DNA from: Nostoc punctiforme PCC 73102 | Lineage (GTDB): Bacteria > Cyanobacteriota > Cyanobacteriia > Cyanobacteriales > Nostocaceae | Direction of reading: 5' to 3' | NCBI RefSeq assembly: GCF_000020025.1 | Contig: NC_010628.1 | Location: 2,640,001 to 2,672,000, forward strand | Length of the DNA stretch: 32,000 nucleotides | Part shown: positions 1-8,281 of the stretch, one piece after another | Position numbering within the stretch: the stretch's first letter is position 1 | Layout of the letters: every line of letters starts with the position of its first letter | Notes under the pieces: model-generated | Told to the model about the DNA's origin: nothing | The model's input: the letters and a program-made list of their open reading frames with translations, nothing else | Database searches by the model: none | Program-made: the position numbers and the translations under genes

Positions 1-357
1 GTCGTGGAAGATTCGGTTGTACAAAGGCAAAGTTTGGTGCAGACGCTCCAAAAAGCCGACTATCAAGTGTTGCAAGCAGGCGATGGTCGAGAGGCGGTCG
101 CTCAATTGGTGCAACACAGTGATGTCGATTTAGTGATTTGTGACATTGAAATGCCGCGTATGAATGGATTTGAGTTTTTAGAACACCATCGCCAAGACGA
201 GCGTTTGTCCGGGATTCCTGTGGTGATGCTGACTACTCGTAGCGGACAGAAGCACCGCCAATTAGCTTTAGCTCTAGGGGCGAAAGCTTACATGACCAAA
301 CCCTATTCAGAACAGAGCTTCCTGGCCGCGATCGCTGAACTGGTTCATAGCCCTTAG
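1..357 (+). CDS. CheY-like response-regulator receiver domain; 5' end lies outside the window
   Basis: Frame 1 is open from base 1, and the track ORF 4..357 starts at an internal GTG. Receiver hallmarks are readable: acidic pocket VVEDS, phospho-acceptor Asp in DLVICDIEMPRMNGFEF, VVMLTT, and the conserved Lys in YMTKP. It is the first gene of a co-directional che-like operon. Confidence 0.85.
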   Translation, partial: VVEDSVVQRQSLVQTLQKADYQVLQAGDGREAVAQLVQHSDVDLVICDIEMPRMNGFEFLEHHRQDERLSGIPVVMLTTRSGQKHRQLALALGAKAYMTKPYSEQSFLAAIAELVHSP

Positions 358-377
358 CCCTCATCTTGTAAATTGCT

Positions 378-1403
378 ATGCTTAACACTCCCTTTCCGTT
401 TAAGCGATTATCTGGCGCTGTGAGCGAACGTGACTCATTACGAGTCGTTGTTTTTGCGATCGCAGACTATTTATTTGCCCTGCCAGTTGGTGCAGTTCTC
501 AAGGTGATGGCTTGTCCCCCTATTAGTAGTACGGTTGAAAGTGGTATCGGGATGGTTGACTTGGGAGCGCAAACGATCGCAATTGTGGACTTGCGCCAGA
601 AGTTCATTCAGCAAGTACAAGGCCAACAGGCGCATCAAGTTCCCTCTGCGGTTGACACTTCAGGGCGCTTCCTACTTCTGACTCAAACGCGGACTGGGGA
701 AATTTGTGGCATTCCTGTGGACAAGCCCCCTGCATTAATCGATATTCCTTTAGAAGCAGTGCGTCCGGTGCCGTGGTCTTATCGGCAAGTAGCGGAGTTA
801 AGCTGTGTTAGCCACATGGCTGTTTTGCCTGTAGCACCAAACGAGGAATCACTCAAAGTACTTCTTTTTGGTATGAGCCAGATATTGGCTGATAAGTTGG
901 GGTTGCCCGGAACAACCCCAACCTTGCCTCCTGGGCAGACATCAGGCGAACAACGGCAAAGATTTCTGCGTTTTTCCTTGGGGAATCAAGGAAGTGGATT
1001 GCTACCATTTGACTTAATACAGGATATTATTCATCTCGCTAGCCAAGAAATTTCCCCAGCCCCGGCCTTACCAAGTTGGATTTTAGGTTTCTATAATTGG
1101 CAAGGACAGATGCTGCGGCTGGTTGACTTGGAACATTTGCTTGGTTATGCGCCGCTTTTGAAGCGGCAGTCACGACCAGAAAAGCCAATGGTTCTGGTTA
1201 TCGAACTGCAAAATCAGGTAATCGGGTTTTTGGTGGCTCATGTCTACGATGTAGAGTGGCAGGATTTACAGCAAGCACAATCGGCACCAACCGACTTTTC
1301 CCCAAACAAACTGCTAAATTTTGTTCGAGGTATTCTGCCAGGCGATCGCTGGATTTTAGACACCAGAGCGATCGCCCAGACATTGCAATGGCAAACCCAC
1401 TGA
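378..1403 (+). CDS. CheW-like coupling protein with two tandem CheW domains
   Basis: 341-aa ORF whose ATG lies 20 nt after the CheY stop. Module 1 spans aa ~20-165 (LRVVVFAIADYLFALPVGAVLKV ... GMVDLGAQTIAIVDLRQKF). Module 2 spans aa ~190-335 (FLRFSLGNQGSGLLPFDLIQDI ... ILGFYNWQGQMLRLVDLEHLLG ... VIGFLVAHVYDV). A Pro/Gly/Thr-rich linker joins them. Confidence 0.75.
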   Translation: MLNTPFPFKRLSGAVSERDSLRVVVFAIADYLFALPVGAVLKVMACPPISSTVESGIGMVDLGAQTIAIVDLRQKFIQQVQGQQAHQVPSAVDTSGRFLLLTQTRTGEICGIPVDKPPALIDIPLEAVRPVPWSYRQVAELSCVSHMAVLPVAPNEESLKVLLFGMSQILADKLGLPGTTPTLPPGQTSGEQRQRFLRFSLGNQGSGLLPFDLIQDIIHLASQEISPAPALPSWILGFYNWQGQMLRLVDLEHLLGYAPLLKRQSRPEKPMVLVIELQNQVIGFLVAHVYDVEWQDLQQAQSAPTDFSPNKLLNFVRGILPGDRWILDTRAIAQTLQWQTH

Positions 1404-1432
1404 TTTAACTTGATGCTGCCAAGGAGTTTTCT

Positions 1433-2683
1433 GTGACGATCGCAACTTTAGACCCTAATTCTGAAACCCAGCCTGTTGAAAATGAAATCCAGATAGAAGA
1501 AATTTTGGCTAATGTGGCTCTAATCAAAGCAGTCTTTCAATCTGCTAAGGGACCAAAGGTCGCTCAATTGCAGCAGAAGGTAAGTCAAATCGAAGCTTTT
1601 ATCCAAGCTTTGGCTAAGGATTCGCCCAGTGACAATGATGAAAATGTTCGAGGGGCTTTTCAGCTCCAGCGAGAACAACTTGCGGCGATCGATCGGCAAA
1701 TGCAACAGGCAAAAGGTCAAACTGCACTTTTGGAGGTTACAGTCACCGCCTTGCGAGATGTTCTCAACGCCGATCGCGTCCTAATTTATCGTTTTGAGGA
1801 AGATAATCGCAGTCGAGCGATCGCCGAGGCTATACAAACGGGTTGGACATCCCTGCTCAACCAATCCCTACCGATAAATTTGTTTGTTAATAAACCCGAT
1901 GTTGGCGACGGACAAAACTCGCAGGGCAACCTAACTGAAGTATTGGAATTAACTCCCCGCCAACAGCAATTTTGGCAACGGTTTCAGGTGCAAGCTAGCC
2001 TGTGCTTGCCCTTGATTGTCAAACAACAGCCTTGGGGTTTTTTAGTTATTCATCATTGCCTTCAACCCCGACAATGGCAGGAAGCAGAGCGCAGTTTGCT
2101 GCAACAAGTAGGAATGATGTTGACAATTAACTTGCGCTGGGCTGAAATAGTAGCTCCACCTGCTCAACAGCTTGAATCCCTCGATCGCTCACAGTTACTA
2201 GTGCCATTGCAGCAGGTGAGCCAGACCGTACAAGAAGGAGTAAGAATCGCCGAGCTTGCCAACGAGCATTTAATGTCTATTCAAGATACTGTTGCTATTA
2301 CTAATAAACAGCTGCAATACCTTGGTGAATTCTGTCAGCAAGCTTCTGGCTTTGTTCGCCTTGTGGAAGGCTTGAGTACCAAAATTCAGGTTTTGTCTTT
2401 GAATACAGCCATCGAAGCAACAAAAGCTAACGACCAGGAACAAGGTTTGCTAGCTGCTGCCGAACAGGTGGAAATTCTCGCCCGTCAAGCCCGCGACAGC
2501 ACCCTAAATATAGAGGAATGGTTCCAAGAACTCCAAGTGGCAGCAGCAGACGTTGCTTCTGCTATCGAACCGTGCGATCGCCAAATCAGTGCGGGGCTGG
2601 AGTCAATCGCCCAAATCCAAGAGCAATTTAGAGTGATCGCCGACATCGCTGCTTGTACCCTCAAATCAATGTCGAAGCCATAG
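1433..2683 (+). CDS. Soluble GAF-domain methyl-accepting chemotaxis-like protein with a divergent signalling hairpin
   Basis: GTG start at 1433 preceded by AAGGAG (1421-1426). GAF-like core at aa ~98-235 (ADRVLIYRFEED ... PWGFLVIHHC ... WQEAERSLLQQVG; nt ~1724-2137). A short coiled coil follows, carrying a divergent MCP tip signature LSLNTAIEATKANDQEQGLLAAAEQVEILARQARDS (nt 2384-2500). No TM segment or HAMP is visible. Confidence 0.7.
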   Translation: MTIATLDPNSETQPVENEIQIEEILANVALIKAVFQSAKGPKVAQLQQKVSQIEAFIQALAKDSPSDNDENVRGAFQLQREQLAAIDRQMQQAKGQTALLEVTVTALRDVLNADRVLIYRFEEDNRSRAIAEAIQTGWTSLLNQSLPINLFVNKPDVGDGQNSQGNLTEVLELTPRQQQFWQRFQVQASLCLPLIVKQQPWGFLVIHHCLQPRQWQEAERSLLQQVGMMLTINLRWAEIVAPPAQQLESLDRSQLLVPLQQVSQTVQEGVRIAELANEHLMSIQDTVAITNKQLQYLGEFCQQASGFVRLVEGLSTKIQVLSLNTAIEATKANDQEQGLLAAAEQVEILARQARDSTLNIEEWFQELQVAAADVASAIEPCDRQISAGLESIAQIQEQFRVIADIAACTLKSMSKP

Positions 2684-2721
2684 AATTGTCACAAACCCCA
2701 TAGAAACTGAGAGTTGTTTTC

Positions 2722-4956
2722 ATGAGTACCGATTTTGTCCCCCAACCGCAGAACGACGATCGCTTTCTAGAAGAAGCGATCGATCTGTTGCTGTTCTTGG
2801 AGCAGGAGTTGCCTAACTATACAAAAGACAGTAACCCTGGTACAGCTTTGGCTCTCATGGAAGCTGCTAGCTCTCTGCATTCGATTGCCATAGCAGCCGA
2901 GCTAGATGCCATTGCTATAGTTGCGGCTGCACTAGAAGAGATTTTTCAGCTTCTGCATCAGTATCGGGCAACTGTCAACGCCCCAATCGCCTCCCTGTTG
3001 TCAGAAGGATTAGATTGCTTACAGATGCTGTTGATGGCATTTTTAACAGCCTCGCAAATTGACGAAGTAGAAATTCTGGAGCGGATGTCTGCCATTGTTG
3101 CTCGTCTACAAGCAGAGTTTGGCGATTCCCAGGAAACAAACCTTGAGATATCGATAGAGCAACCGCAGGAACATCAACCAGTTATTCAGTTTGGCGATCG
3201 CTTGGTTGAGGTAGAATCTTCTGCGGCTCTACCAGAGCAATTTATAGTTAAACATAAGGAAAGTCTTGATAGGGAACTAATAGATGAAACTAGCCCCCAG
3301 TCTGGCAGCCTTTTTCATGTAGATACCGAGCAACTTCCCGCCAAGGTTGGGGAACTAGCAAACCCGAAGGAGTATGGGGAAGAAGATTTTCATGCTTGGT
3401 TGGGGGATTTTTCCCTGCCTACTGAAACTTCTGTTGCATCCCTAGTTAAATCTTTTCCCGATCGCCATCCACTCTCTTTGCAAGAATCTATTTCTACCAT
3501 TCTTGCAACAAGTATTCCAACCGCCACACCCATCAATATTAAGCATCTCGAACAACTAAACGCGCTAGTTGCCACATTATTAACTACATATAATCAGCAA
3601 GCCTGTCAAGAAGAACAACAGCAACATACGATCGGGCGGTTGCTCCGACAAGTTAAACGATTACAACATTTACTGGATAATCTACAGGAATGGTCAGCAC
3701 GTTTAGCAGCAATTTCAGATACCCTTTCTCCTCTAGCGGCTTCTCGCTCTCAGCAATTATACAGTACTCTGCAATCTGTTTTGGCTGAAGCATCTCAGGT
3801 GGCATCAACTGCTCATTCACTTAATAACAATCATCATCAACTCAAACAAGAACTCATACAGCAGGAAAAGCTACTTAACCATTCTTCCAATTTAGTCAAA
3901 ACAGTTACAACTATTCCTTTAAAAGTAGCCTTAGAATCCTTGCATCGTCTTTGGTCTCAGTTACAAGCTCTACAAGATAAGTCTGCTAGACTACATTTAC
4001 AAATTAGCGATATCCAAGTCGATCGGGCATTTAGCGATCGCCTCCGTACCCTCCTGTTGCATATAAGTTGCTATTTACTAGAGCAAAGTATTGAGTTTGG
4101 TCAAACACGCCAATACCTTGGTAAAAATAGCAACGGTATTATCGAAATTCAAGTTTATCAGCAAGGAAATCAACTGATTATTGATGGCTGTGATGATGGC
4201 GCAGGAATTAACTTATCTCAAATTTATCAAGAAGCTTTAGCCAAAGGACTCGCCCTGACAAAACCAGGAGATGTCTTACAAGAACTGGTAATTGAACCAG
4301 AGGTTTCATCTGTTTTATGCGATCGTGCTGCCTTAGAGTTAGGAGTAGAATTAACTGAAGTTTGCAAGCAATTAACAGCTATTCAGGGAAGAATAGTATT
4401 GAAGTCTAAAGCTGGACATGGTACAGCCTTCTCGCTCCAAATTCCCCTCGATCAAAAAATTGCTCAACTTATCGTCTGTCAAGCTAACTCCAGAGTCTAT
4501 GCGTTTATTGCCGATTCTGTAGAGCAGATTTGTCTATCCCAGTCCGAACAAATCATCCAAACTCAAGCGGGACGGATGTTATTATTGCAGTCTTCTGGCA
4601 GATCCAGTGGCTTCCTTGGTTATGCTGATGAGCATCTAACAACAGAAATGCTCGTCCCTATCCACTTATTGACTGATGTGCTAATTTGTCCTAACCACCT
4701 TCCCACCTCAGCTACTACTTACAGCACAGATACACTAAATGCTTTCAAGCAAGATAAGCCTTTATTAGTATTTCGTTATTTAGACAAACGATGTGCTTTA
4801 GAAGTAGATTGCATCATCGGCAAACAATCTTCTGCAATCCATCCTCTGGGGGAAGCAATTCCAGTTGCTGCTTATATTCAAGGAACTAGCATTCTTGCCA
4901 ATGGGCAACTTAGCCTGGTTTTGGATGGTCAGCTTCTCACAAAATCTCTAGCTTGA
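2722..4956 (+). CDS. CheA-like histidine kinase (Hpt, dimerisation helix, HATPase_c, CheW-like) without a receiver domain
   Basis: 744 aa. Hpt-like helix with His53 (SLHSIAIAAE, nt 2878-2880). Long acidic/Ser-Pro linker. Dimerisation-like helix INIKHLEQLNALVATLL. HATPase_c core with G1 box DDGAGI (nt 4192-4209) and GHGTAFSLQIPL. C-terminal CheW-like domain at aa ~580-740. The N and G2 boxes look degenerate (see findings). Confidence 0.75.
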   Translation: MSTDFVPQPQNDDRFLEEAIDLLLFLEQELPNYTKDSNPGTALALMEAASSLHSIAIAAELDAIAIVAAALEEIFQLLHQYRATVNAPIASLLSEGLDCLQMLLMAFLTASQIDEVEILERMSAIVARLQAEFGDSQETNLEISIEQPQEHQPVIQFGDRLVEVESSAALPEQFIVKHKESLDRELIDETSPQSGSLFHVDTEQLPAKVGELANPKEYGEEDFHAWLGDFSLPTETSVASLVKSFPDRHPLSLQESISTILATSIPTATPINIKHLEQLNALVATLLTTYNQQACQEEQQQHTIGRLLRQVKRLQHLLDNLQEWSARLAAISDTLSPLAASRSQQLYSTLQSVLAEASQVASTAHSLNNNHHQLKQELIQQEKLLNHSSNLVKTVTTIPLKVALESLHRLWSQLQALQDKSARLHLQISDIQVDRAFSDRLRTLLLHISCYLLEQSIEFGQTRQYLGKNSNGIIEIQVYQQGNQLIIDGCDDGAGINLSQIYQEALAKGLALTKPGDVLQELVIEPEVSSVLCDRAALELGVELTEVCKQLTAIQGRIVLKSKAGHGTAFSLQIPLDQKIAQLIVCQANSRVYAFIADSVEQICLSQSEQIIQTQAGRMLLLQSSGRSSGFLGYADEHLTTEMLVPIHLLTDVLICPNHLPTSATTYSTDTLNAFKQDKPLLVFRYLDKRCALEVDCIIGKQSSAIHPLGEAIPVAAYIQGTSILANGQLSLVLDGQLLTKSLA

Positions 4957-5186
4957 ACTCAATCAGCGCAGTAAACGATTTGTCACTGGAACGATAACTT
5001 GGCAGAAAAGGACATCTTTTGCTGACAATCAACTATCGGACAAATCATGGTTACAAGAAAACAATTTTTAAAATCAAAAAATTAATTTCTGCAAGATGGT
5101 TTTGTCCATCTCTAGTTTTTTGGAGAGCGATTTTTGGCGTTGCATAATAAAGGGATGAATTGAGGTATTATACTGTGTAGTCTTAA

Positions 5187-5552
5187 TACTGGAAGTCTAC
5201 TGAGATTAGAAAAAATGGAAAGCGAAGAGGTAAGCAGAATCACATTTGTGTCAAGTTTGGTCGTCAATTTATCGATGTTTACAGCCCGGCAAAAGGGTAC
5301 TCAGATCGGGTAAAACAAAATTGCTTAAAAGCAGATGTAAATGGTGTGGGATTTCGAGCAATTGAACGTGATAAAGGTGTTCAGACGTTCGCGGACTCGC
5401 TCTAAGCGTAAAGCCTACGGCATAGCTTCGCTTAGGGCGCAGCCTCTCGTAGAGAAGGCTTTACGCTTTGCTATCACACAAGTGTCATTTCTTGGGTCAA
5501 ACAAGTTGCTGAAAAAATACCCAATGTACCAACTAAGGGTATTGAGCATTAA
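5187..5552 (+). pseudogene. IS1-family transposase N-terminal (InsA-like zinc-finger/HTH) remnant
   Basis: Frame 3 reads YWKSTEIRKNGKRRGKQNHICVKFGRQFIDVYSPAKGYSDRVKQNCLKADVNGVGFRAIERDKGVQ (5187-5384). After a 90-nt insert it continues HTSVISWVKQVAEKIPNVPTKGIEH-stop (5475-5552). This is the KNG..GKQ..C..CGRQF plus NGxGFRAIER..GV.HT.V..WVKQ layout I recognise from IS1-family N-termini. There is no start codon, an in-frame TAA at 5403-5405, and no DDE catalytic part before the devC 3' end at 5584. Confidence 0.55.
5385..5474. repeat. 90-nt hairpin-forming small repeat inserted inside the IS1 remnant
   Basis: Perfect 13-bp inverted repeat AAGCGTAAAGCCT (5404-5416) / AGGCTTTACGCTT (5456-5468) with a 39-nt loop. 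A competing inner pair is CTAAGCG (5402-5408) / CGCTTAG (5431-5437). The loop contains GCGCAGCCTCTCGTAGAGAAGG. The insert length is exactly 30 codons between the ...GVQ and HTSV... parts of the transposase frame. Confidence 0.7.
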
Positions 5553-5583
5553 ATGCGATTAGTGAATCAATGCTATGGACTGA

Positions 5584-6741
5584 TTAAAAAATATCGGATG
5601 GATCGGCAGTTTGGAGTTTGCGAATCGAGAATGCTGCTGAAACGCAACACATTGTTGCTGTCAAAGCCAACACAAAAGCAGCACGTCCGATGGTCATTGC
5701 CATTGGCAATAATGTAGCTTGACGAGTTATTTGATAAAAACCAAGAGAAAGCATCAAACCAGGAAAAAATCCCATTGCTGCCAGGATTAATGCTTCTTGA
5801 AAGACTACAGAAAGCAGATAATTATTCTCAAAGCCGATCGCTTTGAGGGTAGCATACTCTGATAAATGGTCAGACACATCGCTGTAGAGAATCTGGTAGA
5901 CAATCACCGCACCGACGATAAAACCAATCACAGCACCCAGGTCGAAAACATAGCCCACAGGTGTACTCGTATTCCAAAAACCCTGCTCCCGTTCGATGAA
6001 CTCCTGCTTCGACAGCACTCGTACATCGTCTGGTAGTCCTGCTTTCAAATTTTTCATCACCTGGGCTAAATTAGCTCCTGGTTCTAATTGAATCACACCT
6101 AACTCAATCAGACCTTTTTCTCGCCGCCGACCAAATAGACGTAGGAAGTTGAGATCGCTAGTAATCAAATGACCGTTAACTCCAAAGGATGTACCTAGCT
6201 CAAATAAGCCAACTACTTCTACTTCACGATTTTCGATCTCAGTTTTGAAGGGCCCAGTTTGTTGGAATATTTGAGGAATTGGCCCGAATTCTTTCCGCGC
6301 CCCTTTATCAAACATGACAGTATCAGGGAATTTCAGCTTGTCTAAATTGGCCTCTACAGGAGGTAGCATCATCACATTGTCATCTGGGTTAAAGCCAATG
6401 ACAAACATATTCCAAATCTGCTTATTGACTGGATTTTTCCACTGAACGTAGTCCAAATAAATAGGAATAACTGCTCGCACACCCGTGTAGCCAAGTGCCT
6501 GATATAAACGCCGTTCTGTAAATTTATCTCTGGAAATTAACGATCTGTAGCGATCGCTAATTAAAAAAACATCACCTTTTAAACTAGTTTGAATCTCTAC
6601 CGCACCTTCAAATAAAGCACTGCGAAATCCTAACTGTAAAAACATGAGGACATCGGCGAAGGTAATGCCAGCGATCGCCACCAGCATCCTAGCTTTCTCT
6701 CTCGATAATTGCAGCCAAGCTAAAGGAATTCGTCGTCTCAT
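5584..6741 (-). CDS. devC: DevC-family ABC exporter permease (FtsX/MacB-type)
   Basis: 385 aa. The N-terminus MRRRIPLAWLQLSREKARMLVAIAGITFADVLMFLQLGF, a large extracytoplasmic loop and a C-terminal three-helix FtsX-like bundle match the DevC-family pattern. The ATG overlaps the devB stop (ATGA, 6738-6741). Confidence 0.85.
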   Translation of the reverse strand: MRRRIPLAWLQLSREKARMLVAIAGITFADVLMFLQLGFRSALFEGAVEIQTSLKGDVFLISDRYRSLISRDKFTERRLYQALGYTGVRAVIPIYLDYVQWKNPVNKQIWNMFVIGFNPDDNVMMLPPVEANLDKLKFPDTVMFDKGARKEFGPIPQIFQQTGPFKTEIENREVEVVGLFELGTSFGVNGHLITSDLNFLRLFGRRREKGLIELGVIQLEPGANLAQVMKNLKAGLPDDVRVLSKQEFIEREQGFWNTSTPVGYVFDLGAVIGFIVGAVIVYQILYSDVSDHLSEYATLKAIGFENNYLLSVVFQEALILAAMGFFPGLMLSLGFYQITRQATLLPMAMTIGRAAFVLALTATMCCVSAAFSIRKLQTADPSDIF

Positions 6742-7928
6742 AGAAAGATAGCTACCTTGACCTTCATATTCGTAAACCCAGCTACCTTCTGACTATCTGT
6801 TGGAGTTAAGCGAATTTTGACTTCAACAACTCGAGAATCAATATTGGCAGCCGGGTCGGTATTCAAAACATCTTTTTTGGCAACTTCCAATCCTACTTCG
6901 TCCACCACACCTCGTAATGTTTCAGTTAGAGAACCACCGCTGACATTAGTAATGGTGGCTTGCTGATCTTTGTGGACTTTTGGTAAATCGCTTTCGTAGA
7001 CTTCGGCGATCGCATACATTTGGTTGGTTTGTCCTAATGAGACAATACCTTTATTGCTATCAACAATCTCACCTTCCCATGTGTGGATCTTCAAAATCTG
7101 TCCCGGTCTAGATGCTCGCACGTAGGCGAGATCTAACTCTGCCTGAGCCTGTTTCACTATAGCCTTAGTGTTGTTAACCTCGGTTTGCGCTACTCGTATA
7201 TCTATAGGACGGACTTCAGCAATGCGATCGAGTGTAGCTTGAGCTTCTTTGACTTGTTGAGTCAATATTGCAGTAGTTTGGTAAAAATTGATTTTAGCTT
7301 CCTTCAGTTGTTGGACAACAGTCTCAAAAATTAAGCGTTTGCTATCACGCAACGAAGCAGAGACAGCACCATCTTGATAGAGCGACTCGTAACGTTGATA
7401 TTCGAGTTGGGCATTTTCAGCCTCTGCGTCTAGACGTGTAACAGTTGCTTTTTTCGCAGCAGTATCTTCACGTAGCTGCACTTCAAGTCTGGCAATCACT
7501 GCCTTTTGAGCCTGAATTTCTCCAATTTTGGCACCAGCTTTAACCCGATCTAATTGGGCTTGGGTAACTGCTACTCGTTGCATTGCTTGCTCTAAAGCAG
7601 CTTGGAGACGAGGGCGTGAATCCAAAATGGCGATTACCTGTTTGTTTTGTACCCAGTCGCCTTGCTTCACTAATAATCGATCGATTCGGCTACCCTGACT
7701 AGAAGCAGTTAGCTGAATAACTTCTCCTTTTGGTTCCAGTCGTCCTAAGGCTGTCACTGCTTTGACTGGGGGATCTGTAGCTAGGGGAACAGATGATGAT
7801 TCGAGATTAGGCTTTGAGTGTAAAATCTTAGAAATACTACTGAGGCTAGTAATGCTTGCTACTAGAGCGACAACTGCGATCGCTATATATGTCCACGTAA
7901 ATTTAGATGATTTTTCAAAAGCCTTCAT
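6738..7928 (-). CDS. devB: DevB-family membrane fusion protein (HlyD-type) of an ABC exporter
   Basis: 396 aa. N-terminal anchor WTYIAIAVVALVASITSLSSI. Barrel/lipoyl segments flank a long Ala/Gln/Glu-rich coiled coil (AVTQAQLDRVKAGAKIGEIQAQKAVIARLEVQL...). It overlaps devC by 4 nt, suggesting translational coupling. Confidence 0.85.
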   Translation of the reverse strand: MKAFEKSSKFTWTYIAIAVVALVASITSLSSISKILHSKPNLESSSVPLATDPPVKAVTALGRLEPKGEVIQLTASSQGSRIDRLLVKQGDWVQNKQVIAILDSRPRLQAALEQAMQRVAVTQAQLDRVKAGAKIGEIQAQKAVIARLEVQLREDTAAKKATVTRLDAEAENAQLEYQRYESLYQDGAVSASLRDSKRLIFETVVQQLKEAKINFYQTTAILTQQVKEAQATLDRIAEVRPIDIRVAQTEVNNTKAIVKQAQAELDLAYVRASRPGQILKIHTWEGEIVDSNKGIVSLGQTNQMYAIAEVYESDLPKVHKDQQATITNVSGGSLTETLRGVVDEVGLEVAKKDVLNTDPAANIDSRVVEVKIRLTPTDSQKVAGFTNMKVKVAIFL

Positions 7929-8281
7929 TATTACCTTTTAGAAGTGAGTTTATTCGCCTACGCTCACAAAAAAACAACATTCTAGCCTTATTAATCCGGC
8001 AATTTACCAATTACAGATTACATATAACCTTGAAACGCCCTTCTACAGAGCTTTTCAAGTAATTGAACTACACCATTTTCCATCTCAGTCGTAGTCTCAA
8101 TACCTGAAAACTGATGTAATACCAAATTGAATCATGATTGCAACAGATGGAACGCCCAAAAGCTTGTCCAGTAAATATTTTACAATCCGAAATCCAAAAT
8201 GGTATTAAAACAGGGATATAGCGTTTCCTAATTCTGACCGAAGCAACGGAAACGTCTCTGGCTTTGTTCCTGAATTCTGAA

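Noticed and set aside
1198-3575. Track ORFs 1198-1383(-), 1520-1720(-) and 3390-3575(-), antisense to the CheW, MCP and CheA genes
   Set aside because: They are short (61-66 aa), lie fully inside longer ORFs that have clear domain motifs on the other strand, and have low-complexity or odd composition with no recognisable motif. They are most likely chance antisense frames.
5011-5036. Possible terminator hairpin after the CheA-like gene (GCAGAAAAG ... CTTTTGCTG)
   Set aside because: The stem needs a bulge, is A:T-rich and is not followed by a T-run. That is not enough to call an intrinsic terminator.
5341-5562. Track ORF 5341-5562(+), 73 aa
   Set aside because: It reads across the IS1 remnant in the wrong frame and straight through the 90-nt hairpin repeat (the RSRTRSKRKAYGIASLRAQPLVEKALRF part is the repeat translated). 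It is better explained as a pseudogene plus repeat than as a gene.
7929-8281. NtcA-type site (GTA-N8-TAC) upstream of devB, as known for the Anabaena devBCA promoter
   Set aside because: I scanned both strands of the interval by eye and found no GTA-N8-TAC with correct spacing. The GTA triplets present are followed by TTG or other triplets at the +11 position.
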